From the NCBI GenBank assembly GCA_963709345.1, contig CAVPVX010000007.1, positions 128,001 to 192,000 of the forward strand: DNA of 64,000 nt, read 5' to 3'. The notes beneath the pieces were generated by a model. That model saw nothing but the letters and a program-made list of their open reading frames with translations, had not been told where the DNA came from and made no database searches. The stretch is from an uncultured Actinomycetes bacterium. Its GTDB lineage: Bacteria > Actinomycetota > Thermoleophilia > UBA2241. Shown here in pieces: positions 1 to 11,255 of the stretch. The translations under genes and the position numbers were made by a program. Each line of letters starts with the position of its first letter. Position 1 is the stretch's first letter.

Positions 1-446
1 ATCTTGCGGTAGTTCTCGGCCTGCTCCTCCTCCTGCGAGGTGAAGTGCATCTTGGTGAGCTTCGTGACGCCGTCGACGAGCATCGCGATCTCAGCGCCGA
101 ACTCCTCCTCGAGCCAGGCGAGCGGCGTACCGGTGTCTTCGACGACGTCGTGCAGCAGCGCCGCGGCGATGGTCACTGAGTCGAGCTGCAGCTCGGCGGC
201 GTTGAGCGCCGTACCGACCGGATGATGGATGTATGCCTCGCCGCTCTTGCGGCTCTGCTGGCCGTGCAGGATGCACGCGGCGACGAAGGCGCGGGTGATG
301 AGATCGCGATCGGCGTCCGGGTCGTACACCGCGACGGCCGCGAAGAGGTCGTCGAGCAGCGGCCCGTAGCGGATGGGGACCTGGGTCAGAGTCTCGCGGT
401 CAGGCAGGTCCGCAGGAAGTCTGGTGTTTGAGATCGTCTGTGCCAT
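1..446 (-). CDS. relA: Bifunctional (p)ppGpp synthetase/hydrolase, 5' part only; runs off the window
   Basis: Translated by hand, not in the ORF track. ATG at 446 gives MAQTISNTRLPAD...QSRKSGEAYIHHP...AAALLHDVVEDT...LVDGVTKL...QAENYRK, the RelA/SpoT HD-domain signatures. Overlaps the recJ 3' end by 61 nt. Confidence 0.93.
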   Translation of the reverse strand, partial: MAQTISNTRLPADLPDRETLTQVPIRYGPLLDDLFAAVAVYDPDADRDLITRAFVAACILHGQQSRKSGEAYIHHPVGTALNAAELQLDSVTIAAALLHDVVEDTGTPLAWLEEEFGAEIAMLVDGVTKLTKMHFTSQEEEQAENYRK

Positions 447-2956
447 TCTCTGTACGCGTCCGTCCGGGTGACGTCGACCTTACTCTGTGGCCGTTCGAGA
501 TGATAGCCGCCGGCGCCGGCGACCATGAGCAGCCCCGCCCCACGAAGAGTCTGGAGCGCCGCGGCGACCACGCCGAGCGGCGCCAGACCGGCTCCTCTCC
601 CAAGGAGTTCCTGCTCGAGCGCCTCGTCAAACCGGCCGGACCCAGCGTCGAGAGCCCGCCAGACGCTCCGCATGACGGGATCGAGCGTGAGCTCGGTCTC
701 CCGGAAGCGACCGACGGACGCCGCTTCGGCCGGCCCCCAGAGCGCGTGGACCCACGCACCTTGTGCCGCCTCGACCACAGCGGCCCACACACCCGTGGTC
801 AGCGGCGGGTCGGCGAAGACGACATGCGTGAAGGAACGCGTGAGCTCCGGGTGCGCGACGGCGATGTCGAGACCCGCCATGACGACGTCCGGCTCCTCGG
901 CGGCCCAGGCGACCCGCGCCGAGCAGGCCGTCTGCACGTAGGCGGCCGAGCGGCCCAGATCGGGTGAGAGCACATCCCCGCGGAGGAGGGGGCGACGGCC
1001 GCCCACGTCGGCCACGAGCACCAGCGTGCGCTCGCCCGAGGCCGCCAGTGCCGCCAGCGCGCTCACGACGGGGCGGCCGCGGCGGTCGACGATGCGGCCC
1101 GCCGCGCGGGCGGCGCGCAGCGCGGCGGCCGCCTGCTCGCCGTCGCCGGCCGCCGAGAGCCCACCGGAGAGCCCGTCGCCCAGCAGCCGGCTCCACAACT
1201 CGTCGCCGCGCAGCCGGTCGCGACAGCTGAGATCGCACGGAGTGGCGCACAGGTCGACGTCGGGAGCTCGCAGCCGGTGGAGGCTGCGGACCTGCACCTG
1301 GGCACTCACGGCGCCGTTGTATTCGTTCTTGGTGAGCGCGAGCGCCACGTCGTGACGCCCGGGCTCGGCGAGCTCGTCCAGATCGTCGAAGCGGAAGTGG
1401 ATGGCCTGGCAGGAGGCGCCGTCGCAGCGCACCCTGTACTGCGCATGGCGCTTGTCGCGCGTGAGCCGCGGCGCCACGACCTCGGCGCCGTGCAGCAGCA
1501 GCGTGACCTGCCGGTTGCCGAAGCCGTGAGGAGCCAGCAGTTCGAGCTCGTCGGCCAGGCCGAGCGTGAGCTCGTCGCCGCCGACGATGGCGTCGACGTG
1601 CCGGACACGCAGGAGGTCGTCGTCGTCCAGAGCCGTTTCGGCCTCCGCGACGAAGGCCTCGCGAAAGGCCGGGATGGCGTCTCGTCGCAGGCGCACGCCG
1701 CAGGCGGCGCGATGACCACCGAAAGCGAGCAGGTGTCCGGAGCTCCGCTCCACGGCGGCCAGCAGGTCGAAGACCGGGATGCTGCGTCCTGAGCCCTTGG
1801 CCTCGTCGTCTCCCTCAGTCAGCAGGATCGCCGGCCGATGGAAGCGCTCGGCTACGCGCGACGCGACGATGCCGACGACGCCCTCATGCCAGTCGGGCGA
1901 CGAGAGCACCAGCGCCGCCGGGAGAGGATCGGGCACCATCTCGACGGCGGCGGCGAGCATGGCCGCCTCGATCGCCTGGCGATCGCGATTGAGTTCGTTG
2001 AGACGCAGCGCGATGGGCAGCGCCGACTCGCGATCGGCGCATCCGAGCAACTCCAGCGCGAGAGACGCGTCCTCGAGGCGCCCGGCCGCGTTGAGCCGCG
2101 GGCCGAGACGGAAGCCGACGACACCGGCGTCCACGGCGTCCCGACGGCCGCCGGCGACCTCGAGCAGAGCCGCAAGCCCCGGCCGCGGGGAGCTGCGCAG
2201 GCGGCCGAGACCGATGGCGGCGAGTACGCGGTTCTCTCCGACCAGCGGCACGACGTCGGCGATCGTCCCCACCGCGACGAGGTCGGCGTACGCGCGCAGC
2301 GCGAGCGGGAGGTCGACGAGCTCCGCCCCCGGCTCCTCCAGGAGGGCGTGCGCGAGCTTGAACGCCACCCCGACGCCGGCCAGGTGAGGGCACGGGTACT
2401 CGCCCTCCTTCGGACTCACGACGACGCAGTCGGGCGGGTCTCCGGAGAGCTCGTGGTGGTCGGTGACGATGACGTCCATGCCGAGCCCCTTGGCGCGCGC
2501 GACCTCGTCACGGGCATTGATGCCGCAGTCCACGGTCACCAGCAGCTTGACTCCGGCCGCGCCCAGCTCGTCGACGGCCGCCGCCGAGACGCCGTAGCCC
2601 TCACTGAAACGATTCGGCAGGTGCCAGCGGACCTCGGCCCCGAGATCGCGGAGCACGCCCACGAGGAGGAAGGTGGCGGTGATGCCATCGGCGTCGTAGT
2701 CACCGTGGACGGCGATGGTCTCGCCGCGGCGGAGCGCCTGGTCGATGCGCCGGCGTGCCTCGGCCACGCCGGGCAGCAGGTATGGGTTGTGAACGCGGAA
2801 GTCGGGGTGCAGGAACGCGCGCGCCGCGGAGGCGTCGTGGAAGCCCCTTCTCACGAGGATCTGCGCGAGCACCTCGCTCACCTCGAGCTCCGCGGCGAGT
2901 TCGCGGACGAGCGAGTATGGTGCCGGCGCAATGCGCCAGGAGCCGGGGACGGTCAC
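386..2956 (-). CDS. recJ: Single-stranded-DNA-specific exonuclease RecJ with C-terminal extension
   Basis: DHH motifs GDYDADG, TVDCG, TDHH, GTIADVVPL, GPRLNAAGRL, GSGRS and FGGH. GTG start at 2956 chosen because the upstream in-frame part is the shadow of another gene. Confidence 0.93.
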   Translation of the reverse strand: MTVPGSWRIAPAPYSLVRELAAELEVSEVLAQILVRRGFHDASAARAFLHPDFRVHNPYLLPGVAEARRRIDQALRRGETIAVHGDYDADGITATFLLVGVLRDLGAEVRWHLPNRFSEGYGVSAAAVDELGAAGVKLLVTVDCGINARDEVARAKGLGMDVIVTDHHELSGDPPDCVVVSPKEGEYPCPHLAGVGVAFKLAHALLEEPGAELVDLPLALRAYADLVAVGTIADVVPLVGENRVLAAIGLGRLRSSPRPGLAALLEVAGGRRDAVDAGVVGFRLGPRLNAAGRLEDASLALELLGCADRESALPIALRLNELNRDRQAIEAAMLAAAVEMVPDPLPAALVLSSPDWHEGVVGIVASRVAERFHRPAILLTEGDDEAKGSGRSIPVFDLLAAVERSSGHLLAFGGHRAACGVRLRRDAIPAFREAFVAEAETALDDDDLLRVRHVDAIVGGDELTLGLADELELLAPHGFGNRQVTLLLHGAEVVAPRLTRDKRHAQYRVRCDGASCQAIHFRFDDLDELAEPGRHDVALALTKNEYNGAVSAQVQVRSLHRLRAPDVDLCATPCDLSCRDRLRGDELWSRLLGDGLSGGLSAAGDGEQAAAALRAARAAGRIVDRRGRPVVSALAALAASGERTLVLVADVGGRRPLLRGDVLSPDLGRSAAYVQTACSARVAWAAEEPDVVMAGLDIAVAHPELTRSFTHVVFADPPLTTGVWAAVVEAAQGAWVHALWGPAEAASVGRFRETELTLDPVMRSVWRALDAGSGRFDEALEQELLGRGAGLAPLGVVAAALQTLRGAGLLMVAGAGGYHLERPQSKVDVTRTDAYREWHRRSQTPDFLRTCLTARL

Positions 2957-3011
2957 GTGTGCATCACGGCTCCAGTGTACCGCCCGGCGCCGACGGACGT
3001 CGTGTACCGGG

Positions 3012-3704
3012 TCAGCCGGCCGGCCCCCCGGCCGGATCCTCCCCGGCCGGCGCGGAGTCGTCGTCGCGGCCGGACACGGCGTCGGGCACGGCCGTGACGG
3101 CAGTCTGGTTCGCGTCCGCGGTCGGCAGTTCCCCGGGCTCGGCCGGAGCCTTCGCTTCTGCCTGCTCGGCGTCGTCGGCGGTCGAGCTCTCCTCGCCCGG
3201 CCCCGTTGCGACGTCCGAGGCAGTCTCCTCGGAGGGCGCAGCGCCGGGACCCGACGTCTCGCCGGCGACCACCGTGACCGCGGAGTCATCGACCGCGGTG
3301 GGGGCTTCGTCCGCCGTCCCGATCCTCGTCTCAGCCTCGGCCTCGGCGGCCGCAGCGGCCGCGGCCTGCGCCTCTGCCGCAACGCGCGCCGCGGCCTTGG
3401 CCGCCCCCGCGTCGCGCTGCGTCCGAACGACGAGCGCCTCGGCTTCGCGCAGGCGCTCGTACGTCGCCTGCAGATCGGCTTCGAGCTTGCGGCGTCTCTC
3501 GGCGACCGTGGACAGCGCCAGCCACGCCGCGGCGGCCCCCGCGACGAACACGAGAGCAGCCACGACGACGGATGTCCAGAAGAGCGACACGGAGGCCGCC
3601 GTGCCGGCGACGTAGTCGACATCGAAGGCGACCGAGCTGTTCAACGCGCCCGCAACGAGGACGACGCCTGCGACCACGGCGAGCATGATGAGCGCTTTAC
3701 GCAC
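3012..3704 (-). CDS. Membrane protein, LapA/DUF1049-like, with coiled coil and acidic low-complexity tail
   Basis: GGAGG RBS before the GTG and TATACT upstream. Two hydrophobic segments flank LNSSVAFDVDY, followed by RRRKLEADL and an A/E/D/P-rich tail. Confidence 0.65.
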   Translation of the reverse strand: MRKALIMLAVVAGVVLVAGALNSSVAFDVDYVAGTAASVSLFWTSVVVAALVFVAGAAAAWLALSTVAERRRKLEADLQATYERLREAEALVVRTQRDAGAAKAAARVAAEAQAAAAAAAEAEAETRIGTADEAPTAVDDSAVTVVAGETSGPGAAPSEETASDVATGPGEESSTADDAEQAEAKAPAEPGELPTADANQTAVTAVPDAVSGRDDDSAPAGEDPAGGPAG

Positions 3705-3773
3705 GAGGGACCTCCGGGTCCGGACTGTCGGCGGCGAGTATAGCAACCGGCGGCCCGGCCGCCCAAGGCGGCA

Positions 3774-4751
3774 TCAGAGCCGCTCGATCTCGGCGCGCTC
3801 GACCGCCTGTTCGAGCCACCGCGCCAGTGCCCGGCCACGCTTGCGCGAAGTCAGCTGCTCGATGAGGTCGTCGCGCACCTCCTCGAAGCGCACGACCGTC
3901 TCGGGCCGGCGATCGTAGATCTTGAAGATCCAGACGCCGCCGGACCCGGCCACAGGCTCGGAGACCTGCCCCTGCCTCAGGTTCGCGACGTCATCGCTGA
4001 GGTCGCCCGGCAGAGAGCGCGGATCGACCCACCCGAGTCTCCCCGCGCTGTCCTTGAGCTGCGGGTCGATGCTGAACTGGCGCGAGACCTCCTGGAACGG
4101 GCGGCCCGCCTCCAGGCGCTTCACGGCGTTGCCGGCGATGCCCTTGTTGCGCACGAAGATCGCGCCGAGATCCACCGCGCTCGGCTCGGTGAAGAGGTCG
4201 TCGCGCCGACTCTCGTAGTAGCGTCTGGCTTCGGCGGGAGAGCTCTCGAGGCCGGGGTACCGCGCGGCGCCGAGCGCCTCGACGAGGACGGACGCTTCGA
4301 TACCGGCGCGGAACTGCGCGCCGGTCATTTCCGCCGCGGCGAGCGCCGTCTCAAGAGCCTCGCCGCCACCGTAGTCCTCCACGACTGCCGCCTCTCTCTC
4401 GTCGAGGGACGTGACGGAGACACTCACGCCGAGCCGCTCCGCCTCCGCGACGACCAGGCCTCGCTCGATCGCCTCGTCGAGGGCGGCCGCCGCATCGTCT
4501 TCCTCGCCCAGGAGTCGCGCCTCGGCGCGCACCGCGGCGACGGCGCTCTCACGCACCTCACGTCCGTTCACCCTCGCGACGACGGCATCGACCGCGGCAG
4601 CGGGCTCTCGCTCGCCGCCGCAGGCGGCCCCCAGGCCCGAGGCCGCAACGACGGCAACGAGGGTGAGGACGGCGAGAACGACCGGCCGCTCAAGGCGACG
4701 CCGAGAGACGCGTCGGACCCGGCCGATGACGGTTCTCACGTCCGGCGCCAT
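3774..4751 (-). CDS. Parvulin-type peptidyl-prolyl isomerase lipoprotein (PrsA/SurA-like foldase)
   Basis: Lipobox-like LGAAC, VVARVNG N-domain, and rotamase-like FQEVSRQFSID...GRLGWV...GQVSEPV. Confidence 0.82.
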   Translation of the reverse strand: MAPDVRTVIGRVRRVSRRRLERPVVLAVLTLVAVVAASGLGAACGGEREPAAAVDAVVARVNGREVRESAVAAVRAEARLLGEEDDAAAALDEAIERGLVVAEAERLGVSVSVTSLDEREAAVVEDYGGGEALETALAAAEMTGAQFRAGIEASVLVEALGAARYPGLESSPAEARRYYESRRDDLFTEPSAVDLGAIFVRNKGIAGNAVKRLEAGRPFQEVSRQFSIDPQLKDSAGRLGWVDPRSLPGDLSDDVANLRQGQVSEPVAGSGGVWIFKIYDRRPETVVRFEEVRDDLIEQLTSRKRGRALARWLEQAVERAEIERL

Positions 4752-4782
4752 GAGATACGGCCCACGAGAGGGGGATCGGCGG

Positions 4783-5828
4783 TCAGGCCGCCGGCTCGGG
4801 GTGGGCGCCTTCGAACGGCACCTCCGAGACGGCCCGCGTGCCCCCGACGAACCGGGCCGGGAAGTAGCACGCGACCTCATGCCTGTCGCCCGCATCGCCC
4901 CCGGTGCTGGTGAGCCGGGGCATCGCCTGGGCACAGACCTCCCGGGCGCGCGGGCAGCGCGGGTGGAAGACGCAGCCCTTGGGCGGGTTCGCGGGGCTGG
5001 GCACGTCGCCCTCGAGGATGATGCGCCTGCGGGCGCGCTCCGTGTGGGGGTCCGGGATGGGCACCGCCGAGAGGAGCGCCTCGGTATACGGATGCTGCGG
5101 GCGGTCGTAGAGGATGCGGCTGTCGGAGCTCTCGACGATCTTGCCGAGGTACATCACGGCCACCCGGTCGGAGATGTGCTTGACCACCGAGAGATCGTGG
5201 GCGATGAACAGGTACGTGAGGTCGAACTCCTCCTGCAGGTCCTCGAGCAGATTGATCACCTGGGCGCGGATCGACACGTCAAGCGCACTCACCGGCTCGT
5301 CGCAGATGATGAGTTTAGGGTTCAGCGCCAGGGCGCGGGCGATGCCGATGCGCTGACGCTGACCGCCCGAGAACTCGTGCGGGTAGCGGTCGGCGTGCTC
5401 GGCGCTGAGACCGACCGTCTCCAGGAGCTCGAAGACACGCTTCTTGCGCTCGACCTTGGTGCCGATGCCATGGATCTTGAGTGATTCGCCGACGATGTCC
5501 CGGACGTGCATCCGCGGATTGAGCGACGCATACGGGTCCTGGAAGATGATCTGCATGTCGCGGCGCAGCTTCTGCATGTCGCCACCCGACGCACGCATCA
5601 CGTCGATACCCTCGAAATCGACGCTGCCCGATGTGGCGTCGATCAGGCGCAACAGCGCGCGCCCCGTCGTCGACTTGCCGCAGCCGCTCTCTCCGACGAG
5701 ACCGAGCGTCTCGCCCTTCTCGATAGAGAAGCTGACGCCGTCGACCGCGTAGACCGTGCCAGTCTGGCGCTTCAGCACTCCCGACTTGATCGGGAAGTGT
5801 TTCTTCAGGTCGCGCACCTCGAGCAGGC

Positions 5829-5832
<4 letters not shown>
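4783..5832 (-). CDS. oppF: Oligopeptide ABC transporter ATP-binding subunit
   Basis: [29 protein letters not shown] and C-terminal GCVFHPRC. Confidence 0.93.
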
Positions 5833-6854
<1,022 letters not shown>

Positions 6855-6856
6855 GC

Positions 6857-7936
6857 CTATTCCTTGAGCTTGGGGTCGGTGGCGTCGCGCAGGCCGTTGC
6901 CGAATGAGATGAAGCCGAAGACGGTGATCGTGAGGGCGATACTGGGGAAGGTGACCATCCACCAGCTACCGGCCTGAAGATACGTCAGGTAGTCGGCGAT
7001 CATCTTGCCCCACGAGGCGTTCGGCGGCTGGATGCCGATGCCGAGATAGCTGAGCGCCGCCTCGGTGACGATGGCGCCGCCGACGCCCATGGCGATGGCG
7101 ACGTAGACCGGAGCCATCGTGTTCGGCAGGACGTGCCTGAAGATGACGCGCAAGTCGCTGGCGCCCTGCGCGCGAGCCGCCTCCACGTATTCCATCGACT
7201 TCACGCTGAGCACCGAGCCGCGGTTGAGTCGCGCGTACGTCGCCCAGCCGAGAACGCCGATGGCGATGAAGACATTCACGAACCCGGGCCCCAGAACCAC
7301 CATGATGAGCAGCACGAACAGGATGTACGGGAAGGCGAAGAAGATATCCGCCAAACGCATGATCACGGAGTCGACCCAGCCCCCGTAGTATCCGGAGATC
7401 GGGCCCAGTATGAGCCCGATGGTGAGCGCGATGGCGACGGCGATGACGCCGACCAGCAGTGAGATGCGGGTCGCGACGAGGACGCGGGAGAACACGTCGC
7501 GCCCGAGGTAGTCGGTGCCGAACGGATGTGACCACGACGGCGGCGTGCCACGTCCCTGCGGCGAGAGGTCGTAGTTGGTCGCGTTGGGATTGTACGGCGC
7601 GAGATAGCCCCCGGCATTGCCGGCGCCGGCCGGGTCGGCGCGGTACTGGACGCCGGTCAGGCTGAAGATCTCCTGGGTCAGGCCGACGGCCATGAACACG
7701 AGGATGATGCCGAGACCGACGAGCGCGAGGTGGTTGCGCTTGAGGCGGCGCCACGTGTCGCCCCACAGGGTGAGCGGCTTCTTGCTGACGCCGAGCTCCT
7801 CATGCTGCCGCTCGAGCTGCTCGGTGAGCACCTCGCTCGAGGTGCGCCCGTCGAGGCCGTCGGCTGTGGTGATCAGATTGCCGCTGTCGGCGTCGAGCGA
7901 GCTACGCCCGGGCGTGCGCGGGTCGTCGAAGCCCAT
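6857..7936 (-). CDS. oppC: Oligopeptide ABC transporter permease
   Basis: HPFGTDYLGRDVFSR, EAA loop YVEAARAQGAS, and GNGLRDATDPK end. Confidence 0.93.
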   Translation of the reverse strand: MGFDDPRTPGRSSLDADSGNLITTADGLDGRTSSEVLTEQLERQHEELGVSKKPLTLWGDTWRRLKRNHLALVGLGIILVFMAVGLTQEIFSLTGVQYRADPAGAGNAGGYLAPYNPNATNYDLSPQGRGTPPSWSHPFGTDYLGRDVFSRVLVATRISLLVGVIAVAIALTIGLILGPISGYYGGWVDSVIMRLADIFFAFPYILFVLLIMVVLGPGFVNVFIAIGVLGWATYARLNRGSVLSVKSMEYVEAARAQGASDLRVIFRHVLPNTMAPVYVAIAMGVGGAIVTEAALSYLGIGIQPPNASWGKMIADYLTYLQAGSWWMVTFPSIALTITVFGFISFGNGLRDATDPKLKE

Positions 7937-7939
7937 GCC

Positions 7940-8914
7940 TCAGCCTTCCAGCCGGATACGCGGGTCGACGTAGGCGTAGCCCAGGTCGACGAAGAGGTTG
8001 GCGAACACGTAGATGATGGTCGCGAAGAGGACGCCGCCGGCGACCACCGGCAGATCCCTCGCACCGATCGCCTGGTAGATCATGAGGCCGATGCCGGGAC
8101 GGTTGAACACGGTCTCGGTGAGGATGGCCCCGCCCATGAGGGCTCCGAGGTCGATGCCGGCGATGGTCATCACCGGGATGACGGCGTTCTTGAACGCGTG
8201 CTTGCTGATCACCTTACGCTCGGAGAGGCCCTTGGCCCGAGCCGTACGGATGTAGTCGGCGCGGATCACCTCGAGCATCGAGGCCCGCTGCATGTACGAG
8301 ATGTAGGCGACCTCGATCAGGCCCAGCGTGACCGCCGGCAGGATGAGAGTCGAGAGGCTGCCCCAGGATGCCGGGATCACCCCCAGGAAGTTGTCGCCGC
8401 CGCTGCTCAGCGGGAAGACGTCGTACCCCGTCCACTGGTACAGCTTGAGGCCGAACAGCCACTGCATGAAGAGACCGAGGACAAAGACCGGGATGCCCCA
8501 GATGATGAGCGCCGCGGTCGTCAGCGTCGTGTCCCAGAACGTGAACTGGCGCAGCGCCGAGTAGATGCCCAGGGGGATGCCGAGCATCTCGATGAGCACG
8601 GCGGCGAGCGCCAGCTGGATGGTGTTCGGCGCGTTCTCCTTGATCATCTGGAGCACGGGCTTCTGCAGCTGGTATGACTCGCCGAGGTCGCCGCGCACCA
8701 GACGCCCGACGAACTTGTAGTACTGCACGTAGATCGGCCTGTCGAGCCCGAGCTGCGTACGAATGATGGCGATGCGCTCCGGGGTCGCGTTCTTGCCGGC
8801 GAGCTGCTGGGCAGGGTCGCCGGGGATGGCGAACATGATGAGGAACGTGATGACCGTGACCCCGATGAGGACGATCACCAGCTGGATGAGGCGTCGGACG
8901 ATGTACGACAGCAT
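7940..8914 (-). CDS. oppB: Oligopeptide ABC transporter permease
   Basis: PGDPA, GDLGES, DYIRTARAKGL and DPRIR end. Confidence 0.93.
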   Translation of the reverse strand: MLSYIVRRLIQLVIVLIGVTVITFLIMFAIPGDPAQQLAGKNATPERIAIIRTQLGLDRPIYVQYYKFVGRLVRGDLGESYQLQKPVLQMIKENAPNTIQLALAAVLIEMLGIPLGIYSALRQFTFWDTTLTTAALIIWGIPVFVLGLFMQWLFGLKLYQWTGYDVFPLSSGGDNFLGVIPASWGSLSTLILPAVTLGLIEVAYISYMQRASMLEVIRADYIRTARAKGLSERKVISKHAFKNAVIPVMTIAGIDLGALMGGAILTETVFNRPGIGLMIYQAIGARDLPVVAGGVLFATIIYVFANLFVDLGYAYVDPRIRLEG

Positions 8915-8984
8915 GCAGCTACCTTACCTCAAAGCCCCTCTCGCACTCACCCCTGGGGCATCCTCGAGTGAGACCCGAAACGCA

Positions 8985-9022
8985 AGTGGCGGCCCGCCGC
9001 TCAAGAGCGGCGGGCCGCCACT
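8985..9022 (-). terminator. Strong stem-loop between oppA and oppB (partial terminator or mRNA stabiliser)
   Basis: Perfect inverted repeat AGTGGCGGCCCGCCGCTC-AA-GAGCGGCGGGCCGCCACT, followed on the minus strand by TGCGTTTC. Confidence 0.75.
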
Positions 9023-9079
9023 GCAACGACTGCGTGCAGTCTAGGTATTCACACCTGCATACGCAACTAGCAGGTCAGT

Positions 9080-10772
9080 TCATTGGGCGGTGTCCGCCTT
9101 GACCCAGAGGGTCCACATGTCCGTGAAGCCCATCGGGTTGTGGACGAAGTTGGCGATGCGATTGTTGGTGACGCGGAAGTCGCGGTAGAAGTAGAGAGGA
9201 GAGGCCGGCATGTCCGTGAGGATCTGCTTCTCGGCCTGGAGGTAGAGATTGTACCGCTGCTGCGCGTCCTGCGTGGAGCGAGCCTCCTGCAGCATGTTGT
9301 CGACTTCCGTGTTCGAGTAGAACGTGTAGCTGCCGGTACGCGCCTGGTCCGACTGGAACAGGGGGTACAGGAAGTTGTCCATCGACGGGTAGTCGGCGAT
9401 CCAGCCCATGCGGAAGAGCTGGCTGCCACTGCCCTTGTTGCCCTTGGAGAGCTTGTCGAGGAACGTGCCCCACTCGAAGTTGCTCAGCTTGACGTCAACG
9501 CCGGCCTTCTCCCAGCCGGCCTGCAGGACCTCCCCGATCTTCTGGTGACCCTCGTCAGTGTTGTACCAGTACGCCAGCGTCGGAGCGCCGGCCATACCGT
9601 CGATGATCGTCTTGGCTCCCTCTGGATCGTAGCCGTAGGGGTTCTGCTCGGCCTTGTAACCGGGAATCCCCTCGGGCACGTATCCGCCGGCCGGCAACGA
9701 CACGCCCTCGTTGACGATGTTGATCACGTTCTGCGAGTCGGTGGACATGGAGACCGCCTTGCGCAGTTCGAGATCCTCGCCCAGCGTCGGGTCGGTCATG
9801 TTCATGCCGATGAAATACACGGCGAGGGCCGGCCAACGCTTGGCAGTCCACGTCCCGCTGGTGACCTCAGGCTTGGCCTCTGCGGCAGCGACCTGGCCGG
9901 GCGGCACGTTGGTGTAGTCGAGCGAGCCCTTCTGGAACTCGAGCCACTCCGTCTGCGACGAGGTGATGATCGGCATGTTGATGGTGTCGATGTACGGCCC
10001 GGCTCCCTCGGTCTTGTCCCAGTAGTCCGGGTTCTTGAGGAGCGTGATGCTCTGGTTGTTCTTCCACGAGTCGACCACGTACGGACCGGTGCCGACGGGC
10101 TTCTGGCTGAACTTCTTGGCGCCGATCTCCTTGGCGTAGTCGACCGGCCAGGCGGCGGCCACGGTGTGACCCAGCGTCTGCGGGAACTCGGCGAACGGAT
10201 AGCGCAGCTTGACCTCGAGCGTGTAGTCGTCGATCACAGTGACGCCGGTCAGGCCCGCCTTCGTGTCGACCTGGTAGCCACCGTCGTCGCAGCCCTCGAT
10301 CGGAGCGAGGATGTACGACACGTACGACTGGTTGGCCGGGTCGGTGACGTAGGTCCACGAGTCGACGAAGTCCTGCGCCTTGACCTCACGACTCACAGGG
10401 GCGGAGTACATGACGCCCTGCTTGAGCGTGAATGTCCAGGTCTGGGAGTCGGTCGACTCCCACTTCTCCGCGAGATCCGGCAGAGCTTCCATCTCGCCCT
10501 TGTCGTTCATGACGTACTTGGCGAGCCCCTGAAAGACCTGGTGGGCGACCTGCATGCCCTCGGACTCCTGCGCGTTGACCGGCTCGATCGAGACCGGGTT
10601 GGCCCCGAGCGGGTAGTTGTAGGTGCCGCCCATGACCGGCGTGCCCTCGTCCGCCGCCGCCGCCGCCGTTACCTTCGTCGCTGCTGCCGCATGCGGCCAG
10701 CGCGAACCCGGCGAAGACCAGGACCGCGACGGGCGCGATCAGGCTCCACCACCTCATTCTGGGATGCTTCAC
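9080..10772 (-). CDS. oppA: Peptide ABC transporter substrate-binding lipoprotein (family 5), with a 1-nt frameshift near 10651
   Basis: AAGGAGG RBS, GTG at 10772 and a signal peptide with lipobox LAAC are in one frame. The mature domain (PDLAEKW, WTFTLKQGV, PVGTGPY, GWIADYP) is in another. The junction lies at the end of a (GGC)n glycine run. Confidence 0.88.
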
Positions 10773-10934
10773 TGTGACCTCCTTAGACTGACGAACACAC
10801 GTCCCCCTGACTCCCCGCCCCACGCCTCTGTGACGCACCACGGGATCCCCCACTTCAGGTTGTTCTGACTCCTTCGGCGCCTCCCGTCGAACTCGCGACC
10901 GCTCCGTACGCCCGGCCCGTGTCGGAGATGGACC

Positions 10935-11156
10935 TCAGCCCAGTCTCCAGACGAGCACGAACGTGTTGAGAAAGAACAGTATCCCCACGATGACCGTATA
11001 CCTGGTGAGATTGCGTTCCATGACACTCGCCGACGAGGCGAAGGAGAAGCCGGTGACGCTGGCCATGCCGGCATCCTTGCCGGAGTGCAGCAGGATGAGC
11101 ACGATGACCACGATAGCGAGGATGAGCTGGAGGGCGACGAGGATGGCGTTGAGCAA
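10935..11156 (-). CDS. secG: Preprotein translocase subunit SecG
   Basis: 73 aa, two TM helices, ILLHSGK..GM and ERNLTRYT motifs. Expected position after the glycolytic genes. TG-n-TATGAT promoter near 11195-11203. Confidence 0.92.
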   Translation of the reverse strand: MLNAILVALQLILAIVVIVLILLHSGKDAGMASVTGFSFASSASVMERNLTRYTVIVGILFFLNTFVLVWRLG

Positions 11157-11255
11157 GTCTCTACTCCCCTTCAGGGCGACGGTGGACGCATACGATCATA
11201 CCATCTTTGCATCTTGCCCCATCCGCGACAACAGCACGGCCGCAAGCACCGCCCA

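Noticed and set aside
386-389. CTG start for relA overlapping the recJ stop
   Set aside because: An in-frame ATG with a purine-rich upstream sequence exists at 446.
2957-3622. N-terminal extension of RecJ in the 1078-aa ORF
   Set aside because: It is an Arg/Pro-rich alternate-frame reading of the upstream membrane-protein gene.
10780-10930. Possible glycine riboswitch in the oppA leader (minus-strand GCGCCGAAGGAG; GGAGTCAG occurs twice)
   Set aside because: The CUCUCAGG element and the flanking stems are not evident. An Infernal/Rfam search would settle it.
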